Shown here one piece after another: positions 1-10,287 of a stretch of 64,000 bases of DNA. The stretch lies in the NCBI GenBank assembly GCA_043812155.1, contig JBDRMK010000030.1, forward strand, positions 8,407 through 72,406. The letters run 5' to 3'. A program made the translations under genes and the position numbers. Numbering within the stretch: the stretch's first letter is position 1; the number at the start of each line of letters is the position of its first letter. Under the pieces are notes generated by a model, which was not told the DNA's origin, did no database searches, and worked only from the letters and a program-made list of their open reading frames with translations. This DNA is from Patescibacteria group bacterium (lineage in GTDB: Bacteria > Patescibacteriota > Patescibacteriia > JAXHNJ01).

Positions 1-2240
1 ATACATTTGTACTCGCCTGGACAACCACGCCCTGGACTCTGCCGGGCAACGTGGCTTTGGCTTTGGGCGAAAAATTCAAGTATGTAAAAGTTAAACAGGG
101 CGATGAATTCCTTATTTTAGCTGAGGATAGATTAAGCCTATTAGAAGGTAAATACGAGGTAGTTGAAGAGTATTCCGCTAAAGAATTGGAAGGTAAAAAA
201 TACAAACCGTTATTTGATTTTCTTGATTTAGAAAAAGAATCAGGCAAGAAAGCCTATTATTTGGCTTTGGCGGATTTTGTCACAGTTGAAGACGGCACGG
301 GCGTCGTTCACACGGCTGTAATGTACGGGGAAGACGATTATAACTTAGGCGAAAAAATCGGCTTGCCCAAAGTTCACACTTTGGACGAGAACGGCATTTT
401 TAACCATCTAGTCAAACCCTGGCAAGGCCGGTTTGTTAAAGATAAGGCACTTGAAGGGGAAATCATCGATTATTTAAAGAAAAAAGATCTTCTTTATAAT
501 ACAGAAAAATACACTCACGATTATCCTTTTTGCTGGCGCTGCGACAGCCCCTTGCTTTATTACGCCAAGAATTCCTGGTTCATCAAGATGTCGGCTTTGC
601 GCGAAGCCTTAAAGAAGAACAACGAGAAAATTAATTGGGTGCCGGATTATATTAAAGAGGGCCGGTTCGGTGAATGGATAAATGAAGTGAAAGACTGGGC
701 GATCTCCCGCGAACGTTATTGGGGCACGCCTTTGCCTATCTGGCAGTGTGAAAAATGCAAACAATACAAATGTATCGGTTCAAGAAAAGAGCTAGGCGTT
801 AAAGAGATTGATCTGCACCGGCCTTATGTTGACGAAATAAAATTAAAATGTGAATGTGGCGGGGAGATGAAAAGGGTGCCGGAAGTGATAGACTGTTGGT
901 TTGATTCCGGTTCCATGCCTTTTTCTCAATGGCATTATCCTTTCGAAAATAAAGAAATAATTGATAATAAAACCGGTTATCCGGCGGATTTCATTTCCGA
1001 AGCCATGGATCAGACGCGCGGCTGGTTTTACACGCTTTTAGCCATTGCCACTTTATTGGACAAAGGCAATCCTTATAAGAATGTGATTTGCTTGGGGCTG
1101 GTTTTGGATAAGAACGGACAGAAGATGTCCAAGTCGCGCGGCAACGTGGTTAGCCCTTCCGAGGTATTTGAAAAATACGGGGCGGACGCCATCCGCTGGT
1201 ATTTTTACACGCTTAACCAGCCGGGAGAAACCAAGAATTTTGATACCCAGGCCGTGGAATCAGTGGTCAAGAAAAATTTCCTGATTATTTTCAATGTTTT
1301 GAGTTTTTATAAGATGTACGCGGGTAAGGAAATCAAACCTAAAGAAAGCAAAAATATCCTTGATGTCTGGATCTTGACTTCTCTTCATTTATTGATCAAA
1401 GAAGTGACTGAGGAGCTGGAAAATTATCAAGTGGTCAACGCGGCTAGAAAGATCGAAGTATTTATCAATGATCTATCCACCTGGTATTTAAGGCGCAGCC
1501 GCGGCCGGTTTAAAAGCGAGGATGAGGGCGAAAAAGAAGAGGCTTTAGCCACTTTGCAGGATGTTTTGCTGACTTTAAGCAAAATTCTAGCTCCTTTTAC
1601 TCCCTTTTTAGCCGAATCGCTCTACCTGGCCGCCGCCGGTCAAAGAGAATCGGTGCATTTGGCTGATTGGCCGGGTTTGGATATGGAACTGAACGAGGAT
1701 ATAATTTCTAATATGCTTATCGTCCGGCAGATCGTGGAATTAGGGCATGCTTTGCGGGCGGAGAATAGTTTTAAAGTCCGCCAGCCTTTAAGCCAGCTTC
1801 TTACCAACGCGAAAGATCTAGGCGGGGAATATCAAAAAATACTGACCGAAGAATTGAATGTCAAGGAAGTCCATTTGGGCCAGAATAAAATTCCTTTGGA
1901 AGCAAGTTTCAAAACAAAAAAAACCAGCGGCCTCTGGGTGACTCTTGATACGACCATAACTGATGAACTTAAGGAAGAGGGGATGGTCAGGGAACTGGTC
2001 CGGCAAATAAATTCCTTACGCAAGGAAGCGAAACTGACGCTTAAAGACCAAATATCATTGGGATTTTTTAGCGAAGATGAATTTTTTAAGCAGCTTTTTA
2101 TTGTTTACGGGGAAAAAATAAAAAAGGAAGTTTTGGCCAAGAATTTAAGCGGGGTCAAAAAAGAAGAATTCAAAAAACTGTCTTTTCAAAAAGAGATAAA
2201 ACTGGAAGGGAAAGACTTAATAATAGGCTTTAACCGGTAA
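1..2240 (+). CDS. ileS: Isoleucyl-tRNA synthetase, C-terminal ~730 aa (5' end outside window)
   Basis: Class I KMSKS motif (KMSKSRGN), Zn-finger CWRCDSP, editing/anticodon-binding region; ORF frame open to window start. Confidence 0.9.
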   Translation, partial: TFVLAWTTTPWTLPGNVALALGEKFKYVKVKQGDEFLILAEDRLSLLEGKYEVVEEYSAKELEGKKYKPLFDFLDLEKESGKKAYYLALADFVTVEDGTGVVHTAVMYGEDDYNLGEKIGLPKVHTLDENGIFNHLVKPWQGRFVKDKALEGEIIDYLKKKDLLYNTEKYTHDYPFCWRCDSPLLYYAKNSWFIKMSALREALKKNNEKINWVPDYIKEGRFGEWINEVKDWAISRERYWGTPLPIWQCEKCKQYKCIGSRKELGVKEIDLHRPYVDEIKLKCECGGEMKRVPEVIDCWFDSGSMPFSQWHYPFENKEIIDNKTGYPADFISEAMDQTRGWFYTLLAIATLLDKGNPYKNVICLGLVLDKNGQKMSKSRGNVVSPSEVFEKYGADAIRWYFYTLNQPGETKNFDTQAVESVVKKNFLIIFNVLSFYKMYAGKEIKPKESKNILDVWILTSLHLLIKEVTEELENYQVVNAARKIEVFINDLSTWYLRRSRGRFKSEDEGEKEEALATLQDVLLTLSKILAPFTPFLAESLYLAAAGQRESVHLADWPGLDMELNEDIISNMLIVRQIVELGHALRAENSFKVRQPLSQLLTNAKDLGGEYQKILTEELNVKEVHLGQNKIPLEASFKTKKTSGLWVTLDTTITDELKEEGMVRELVRQINSLRKEAKLTLKDQISLGFFSEDEFFKQLFIVYGEKIKKEVLAKNLSGVKKEEFKKLSFQKEIKLEGKDLIIGFNR

Positions 2241-2241
2241 T

Positions 2242-3000
2242 ATGTCGTTAGTAAAAACAGAAGCGATAATTTTAGGCCGAAAAAATTTCCGGGTGAATGA
2301 CCGGATTTTTCTTTTGTACGGGAAAAACGAAGGCAAGCTGGAGCTTTTAGGCAAAGGGACCCGGAAGAAAGAAAGCAAACTGGCCGGCTCTTTGGAAGCC
2401 TTCGCTCTGGCCGATATTATGTTTGCCCGGGGCCGGGGTTTTGACTATGTGACCGCGGTCAAGGTATTAAAAAAATATAATATTTATCAAAGCCTGCTGG
2501 TTAGCGGTTGGCTGGCGTTAATTGTGGAGATAATAAATAGTCATTTAAAGCCGAAATATAAAGAAAAGGAAATTTTTGATTTGCTGAAAAATTTGCTTGA
2601 AAACCTAGAAAAAAATATGGATGAGGAAAAAAGCCTGAATTTAATTTTGGCGGCCATTTTTTCCCTGATAAATATTTTAGGATTTTGCCCGGAGCTGTTT
2701 TTTTGCCAGGAATGCCGGGCAAAAATTTCCCCGCCGGATAATTATTTCAGTTCTGCTAAAGGCGGGTTGCTTTGCCCGTCTTGCCGGAAAACCGACCCTT
2801 CGTCAATAAAAGTATCCGCCCCGGCCATTAAGATCATTCGTTTTTTTCTGAATAACGATCTGGATCGGGTAGCGGTCTTGCAAATCAAAAGAGAAAATTA
2901 TCTAGAACTTAAAAGAGTCCTTTTCATTTATCTGCCTTATATTCTAGAGGATGAATTTAAAAGCCTTAGATTCATAGAAAAAGCGGCCACGCCTACCTAA
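2242..3000 (+). CDS. recO: DNA repair protein RecO
   Basis: N-terminal OB-fold signature (EAIILGRKNF..DRIFLLYGKNEGKL) and C-terminal CxxC..CxxC zinc motif (CQECRAK...CPSCR); immediately follows ileS. Confidence 0.8.
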   Translation: MSLVKTEAIILGRKNFRVNDRIFLLYGKNEGKLELLGKGTRKKESKLAGSLEAFALADIMFARGRGFDYVTAVKVLKKYNIYQSLLVSGWLALIVEIINSHLKPKYKEKEIFDLLKNLLENLEKNMDEEKSLNLILAAIFSLINILGFCPELFFCQECRAKISPPDNYFSSAKGGLLCPSCRKTDPSSIKVSAPAIKIIRFFLNNDLDRVAVLQIKRENYLELKRVLFIYLPYILEDEFKSLRFIEKAATPT

Positions 3001-3032
3001 ATATCACGATTTTTGCTATAATAATAAGGTAT

Positions 3033-6018
<2,986 letters not shown>

Positions 6019-6041
6019 AAAGGAGACATTTTAACTTCCCA

Positions 6042-6070
6042 TTGACAAATTCTTTATATTGTGATAGTAT
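6042..6070 (+). promoter_or_regulatory. Putative sigma70-type promoter upstream of DGR target gene
   Basis: TTGACA (6042-6047), 17-nt spacer, TAGTAT (6065-6070). Confidence 0.4.
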
Positions 6071-6244
6071 AGAGAGTTCTTTAAAATATACTGGCAAATA
6101 GTAGTCATAGCCAAAAGGCACTCATTATCAATCAGATCCAAAATCGAGTTTAGGATATAACTGTCTGTGATGCGTGCTTTCTGGCTATGACTACCAAAGC
6201 GGCAGTCCTCTAGCGGTAACTCCTAAATGAAGGAGGATGACGAC

Positions 6245-6862
6245 ATGGGTAATACCATGACCACATCCGAAATGACCGATGGCCAGATTGAAAGGGCTAT
6301 CGAAATCTTCCGCGCAAAATTGCGGAAGCACAGAAACGAACTGCCGTCTGAGGCAGTTCAGATAGCGCTCGGCCAAGCGGAACTCGGTTCCGAGTGGCTC
6401 GCAGTTCTGCGCCAGCGCGTGGAAGCGATCAACGACAGCTATGAACTGCCGGTCGACTTCGACGACTCGCAGTGGAAGACGATTGACCGTAGCCGCTACG
6501 CATTCGTCGGCGACGTCACGATGGACGACTATCCTGTCACCGAGACAGGCATAAAGAAGGTTCGTTTTCGCGAGCTGGCCTTTGACCACAATCCGACAGA
6601 TCAGGAGGTTCTTGACCGGGCGGAGCAGCTCAACTGCCGCCAACTCAACCGGGCCGAAGCCGAGACCGTCATTCGGAAGAAGTATTCTCCCGAAGAGCTC
6701 GGACGTAATCCGAGAATCGTTCTGATCGGCCCTGCTGTGCGGCGCGACGGTGGGCTCCGCCGGGCGTGTGTCATTGGCCGCGGGGTTGGCGTGAGCCTGT
6801 CCTGGCTCTGGACCGAGTATCGCTGGTATCGGGACTGCCGGTTCGTGGTCGTCTGCAAGTAA
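6245..6862 (+). CDS. DGR variable (target) protein, 205 aa, C-terminal VR
   Basis: AGGAGG RBS 7 nt before ATG 6245; last ~44 codons are the VR; C-terminus ...WLWTEYRWYRDCRFVVVCK; no signal peptide; GC-rich relative to flanks. Confidence 0.8.
   Translation: MGNTMTTSEMTDGQIERAIEIFRAKLRKHRNELPSEAVQIALGQAELGSEWLAVLRQRVEAINDSYELPVDFDDSQWKTIDRSRYAFVGDVTMDDYPVTETGIKKVRFRELAFDHNPTDQEVLDRAEQLNCRQLNRAEAETVIRKKYSPEELGRNPRIVLIGPAVRRDGGLRRACVIGRGVGVSLSWLWTEYRWYRDCRFVVVCK
6727..6859 (+). repeat. DGR variable repeat (VR)
   Basis: 133-bp near-identical match to TR at 7302-7434; 19 mismatches all where TR has adenine, plus 2 non-A mismatches in last 10 bp (IMH-like). Confidence 0.85.
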
Positions 6863-6902
6863 GTGACCTTGGTCACTTGGATCTTTGGGACTTGGTAGTC
6901 CC
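6863..6902 (+). promoter_or_regulatory. Two small hairpins directly after VR/stop codon (possible DGR homing hairpin)
   Basis: GTGACC-TT-GGTCAC (6863-6876) and GGGACT-TGGT-AGTCCC (6887-6902). Confidence 0.35.
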
Positions 6903-6933
6903 TTTGATCCTTGGCCTGCGGTCATGTTATTAA

Positions 6934-6982
6934 AACTCCGTTTCACATTCCTTCGGGAGTGAGGGACGGAGTTTTTCTTTTT
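6934..6982 (+). terminator. Rho-independent terminator after DGR target gene
   Basis: AACTCCGT ... ACGGAGTT 8-bp stem (6934-6941 / 6966-6973) followed by TTTTTCTTTTT. Confidence 0.6.
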
Positions 6983-7301
6983 GGTAAAAAATGTTAAAAT
7001 ATTGTTGGATAGTAAACGACACAGTCCTTGGTTAGCCTTCGACCTGGCTCAGGCCAGGCGGCTAGGGACGGTTGAAATCTGGAGTATCGATCAGCTAGGA
7101 TGTCTGTTCGTTACGGCGATAGACAGTGTGCTTCGATACATCCCACATGAAGATACTTGGTACAGCGTATTAGCGGAGTCAATGCTCCCGAATACAATAC
7201 AACCCAGAGAGTAATTCATCCCTTGATAAGCTCGGGGATGACCCTGAGCGAAGTCCAAGGGTCAATGGGTGGTGGAATAGATGGTACGCTGTACATTGTG
7301 G

Positions 7302-7434
7302 CGGCCCTGCTGTGCGGCGCGACGGTAAGCTCAACCGGGCGTATGTCAATGGCAACGAGGATGGCGTGAACCTGAACTGGAACTGGACCGAGAATCGCTG
7401 GAATCGGAACTGCCGGTTCGTGGTCGCCTGCCAG
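7302..7434 (+). repeat. DGR template repeat (TR)
   Basis: Adenine-rich counterpart of VR (AAC/AAT codons where VR is variable); translated in the VR frame gives N-rich RRDGKLNRAYVNGNEDGVNLNWNWTENRWNRNC. Confidence 0.85.
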
Positions 7435-7449
7435 TCTCTTCTTGTCTTG

Positions 7450-7480
7450 CCCCTCCGGTTAGGCTGGAGGGGTTTTGTTT
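7450..7480 (+). terminator. Hairpin plus T-tract just after TR (overlaps 3' end of avd on opposite strand)
   Basis: CCCCTCC-GGTTAGGCT-GGAGGGG followed by TTTTGTTT. Confidence 0.4.
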
Positions 7481-7869
7481 ACCAGCTGTTTTCTCCAGCC
7501 GCCGAGCATTCTACCTGCTTCAACTAGCGGCTCTATTAACAGAGTGTACTTCTTGGTATCAATAACTTTTAATTCCCAGGCCAAGCGCAAAAAAAACTTT
7601 AAAGCGTCCAGCTTAACCGAAGCTCGGCTGATAATCGGTTGTTTTCCGTCTCGGGAGGCGTAGCCCGCCTCAAGGATTAATTCAAGAATATCGCAGAACA
7701 GGGCGTCTATCTTCTGCCCGAGGGTATAGCGGGAGAGCCGGGGAAGTTGCGGGAGTCCGGCGTGCCAAGTTTTATAAATATCAGCAAGTTTATGAAGAAT
7801 GGGAATATCGTCAAAAACCCGTCGGGGGGGGGGGGTGACATTAAAAGAGTTAAAACGCGGTTGAGGCAT
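7459..7869 (-). CDS. avd: DGR accessory variability determinant (Avd), four-helix-bundle protein
   Basis: Colinear similarity to Bordetella phage bAvd (LGQ..., LDALKFFLRLA vs LAMLRFWLRFLA, EAGRMLGGWRKQLVNK vs EVGRILGSWIARVNRK); lies between TR and RT but on the minus strand. Confidence 0.8.
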   Translation of the reverse strand: MPQPRFNSFNVTPPPRRVFDDIPILHKLADIYKTWHAGLPQLPRLSRYTLGQKIDALFCDILELILEAGYASRDGKQPIISRASVKLDALKFFLRLAWELKVIDTKKYTLLIEPLVEAGRMLGGWRKQLVNKTPPA

Positions 7870-8850
7870 AAATTTGAAGATATTATTTCGTTAGAAAATC
7901 TTTTTGGAGCTTGGCGTGAATTTTTGCCTGGAAAACAGAGTAAGCGCGACGTCCAGAAGTTTTCCCGCCATTTCGCTGATAATATTGTATCGCTTCACGA
8001 GGATTTCGTAAACATGACCTACCGGCACGGCGGGTACGAACATTTCAAAATTTCCGACCCGAAGCCAAGGGATATCCACAAGGCCACGGTGAGAGACCGC
8101 TTGGTTCATCACGCCATATACCGGGTATTATATCCATTCTTCAGCCGCACTTTTATCGCTGACTCTTATTCTTGCCAATTGGATAAGGGGACGCATCGCG
8201 CCACCAGACGTTTTAGACAATTTTCCGATAAAGCGAGCAAAAATAACACGAAAACCGTTTGGATCCTGAAATGCGATATCAAAAAGTTCTTTGCCAGCAT
8301 TGACCAGACAATTCTTTTAAAACAGCTTAAATTGTATATTCCAGATTTGCGGATCGTTAATCTCTTAGAAGAAGTAATAAGCAGTTTTTCTTGGCAACTT
8401 AACAAAGGTTTGCCGTTGGGCAATCTCACTTCGCAACTCTTTGTCAACATCTATATGACGCCGCTTGACCAGTTTATGAAGCATAAGCTTAAAGCCAAAT
8501 ATTATCTGCGCTACGCCGATGATTTCGTGATTGAGTCTCGCGACAAGAAATGGCTTGAATCTCTGATTCCGAAAATAAAAGGTTTTTTAATGAATAATCT
8601 TAAATTACAATTACATTCAAAAAAGGTAATTATTCAAAATCTGGCTTCGGGCGTTGATTTTCTGGGGTGGGTACACTTTCCTAACCATCGGGTTTTGCGA
8701 ACGACAACGAAACGCAGAATGTCGGCCAGAATAAAAGTTCATCCTACTAATGAGACGCTTCAATCGTATCTTGGTTTGCTTTCGCACGGAAATACTCACA
8801 AAATTAAAACCCAAATATTAAACGATTATTTTCTTTCGCGAGGCGAATAG
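7792..8850 (+). CDS. DGR reverse transcriptase
   Basis: RT motif 4 variant LPLGNLTSQLFVNIYM (DGR-specific [I/L]GxxxSQ instead of QGxxxSP), motif 5 YLRYADDFVI, N-terminal LENLFGAWREF; start uncertain (ATG 7792 or TTG 7861); 5' end overlaps avd start head-to-head; G12 tract at 7824-7835. Confidence 0.85.
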   Translation: MKNGNIVKNPSGGGGDIKRVKTRLRHKFEDIISLENLFGAWREFLPGKQSKRDVQKFSRHFADNIVSLHEDFVNMTYRHGGYEHFKISDPKPRDIHKATVRDRLVHHAIYRVLYPFFSRTFIADSYSCQLDKGTHRATRRFRQFSDKASKNNTKTVWILKCDIKKFFASIDQTILLKQLKLYIPDLRIVNLLEEVISSFSWQLNKGLPLGNLTSQLFVNIYMTPLDQFMKHKLKAKYYLRYADDFVIESRDKKWLESLIPKIKGFLMNNLKLQLHSKKVIIQNLASGVDFLGWVHFPNHRVLRTTTKRRMSARIKVHPTNETLQSYLGLLSHGNTHKIKTQILNDYFLSRGE

Positions 8851-9031
8851 GTAAATTTGACAGCTTAAAAATATTTAGCTAAGATAAATTCTCTGTTCAT
8901 TGCGAATGTATTTCCCCGGATCAGGCGCTGGCAACTCAGCCTCAACTGCTGGCCAGTACCCGTGCATAAACTCGCTAGCAGACTGCGTAATTGCTTAGCG
9001 CCTGGTCCCAATTTTTACAGAGGTGATTAAA

Positions 9032-9205
9032 ATGAAAAAAGAGAAAGAGCCACTGAAAGGCCGGGATTATGTAAAATTCCAGCGCTTACTTGCGAAAGCC
9101 GAAGCCGAAGGCCGGCTGGATGGCAAACATGTCTGTCCGGTTTGCGGCATGCGTTATCTTTGGGCCAGGGAAGCCGATGACTGTTGTCGGATAACTTCCG
9201 ATTAA
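9032..9205 (+). CDS. Small Cys-containing hypothetical protein (57 aa)
   Basis: AGGTGA RBS; CPVCG...CC motif; downstream hairpin plus T-run terminator at ~9222-9250. Confidence 0.35.
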   Translation: MKKEKEPLKGRDYVKFQRLLAKAEAEGRLDGKHVCPVCGMRYLWAREADDCCRITSD

Positions 9206-9402
9206 TCAACCGCACGTTTTTGAGGGCCTCTCGCCCTCTTTTTTTATACTAAAAATATAAGCGGCATTATTTATGGCCGGATGAGCTTATACTATTGACC
9301 CAGCCTTTCGCGAAAGGCTGGGTTGACATAATTCATAAACAGGTTATCTAATTAAGTCACGGATTAAGTAGCGTAAGCGTCAGCACCTTTATAAAGAAGG
9401 GA

Positions 9403-9774
9403 GTGAGTGACATGATAATATCTACGGATTCTTCCGCGGAAGGAAACCGTGACGGGCCTAAATCAGTGGTGGATATGAGCGTAAGGGATGCTTATGATCT
9501 GATCGGCCTTAAAGTAAAGATCTACTTTATGAAGGGGGGAAGCATCGGTCAAGACCAAATCAAAAAAGGATATGAATTTGGGGTCTTAATCAGTTTGGCC
9601 CGGGACGCTGACCGGAAAAATTTCCTCTTTGAAATCGCGGTCGGACCGGCCTACGATCAAATCCATATTTTTTGCCAGGCCAATGATATCGACCTGGTTA
9701 AAGCCTTGGGAGAACTCGCCAATCAAAGAAAAGAACAAGAAAGGCTGGCTGAGAGTGAAAAGAAAAGCTCTTAA
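9403..9774 (+). CDS. Hypothetical protein (123 aa)
   Basis: AAGGAG RBS before ATG; no recognisable motif. Confidence 0.45.
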   Translation: MSDMIISTDSSAEGNRDGPKSVVDMSVRDAYDLIGLKVKIYFMKGGSIGQDQIKKGYEFGVLISLARDADRKNFLFEIAVGPAYDQIHIFCQANDIDLVKALGELANQRKEQERLAESEKKSS

Positions 9775-9900
9775 TTCGGAATGTACCTAAAAAGCCGCTC
9801 GAAAAAAATATCAATGAGCGGCTTTACTTTAATTTTATTACCTTGCCAAAAAGCAAAATTTATGATATAATATAATAGTAAATATTGTTATTTTTGTCCT

Positions 9901-10284
9901 ATGCCGGAAAAAATCTTATTCAAAACCAGCAAATTTATTTTTAAAGAATTAGTCTTGGATGTCATTTATTTTCCGGTTTGGTGGTATACCAAGGGTTTAA
10001 AGAAAGCTTGGATTTTTTTTACCGGCGAAGTTTCGGATTGGGCTAACCGCTTGTCGCTTAAAATTCTTTTTAAGAGCATGTTCAAGCCGATGTACGGCGA
10101 TTACAGCCGCAGCGGCCGGATCATCAGTTTTTTCATGAGGATCATTGTTTTCGGGTTTAAGCTGATATTAATGGTTATCTGGCTTACGGTGCTTTTGGTC
10201 ATATTTTTGCTCTGGGCGGTGATGCCTGTTTTTATCGTCTACCTCATCATATTAAATATTACCGGCCAAAGAGGCCTTTTTTAA
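9901..10284 (+). CDS. Hypothetical membrane protein
   Basis: Hydrophobic C-terminal half with two predicted TM helices. Confidence 0.45.
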   Translation: MPEKILFKTSKFIFKELVLDVIYFPVWWYTKGLKKAWIFFTGEVSDWANRLSLKILFKSMFKPMYGDYSRSGRIISFFMRIIVFGFKLILMVIWLTVLLVIFLLWAVMPVFIVYLIILNITGQRGLF

Positions 10285-10287
10285 TTT

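Noticed and set aside
6191-6946. 251-aa minus-strand ORF antisense to the DGR target gene
   Set aside because: Fully overlaps a well-supported plus-strand gene in a GC-rich segment (long antisense ORFs are expected there). It has no RBS or motif.
7312-7527. 71-aa ORF (MRRDGKLNRAYVNGNEDGVNLNWNWTENRW...)
   Set aside because: This is the DGR template repeat read in the VR frame. Its Asn richness comes from AAC/AAT adenine-bearing codons. It is non-coding template, not a gene.
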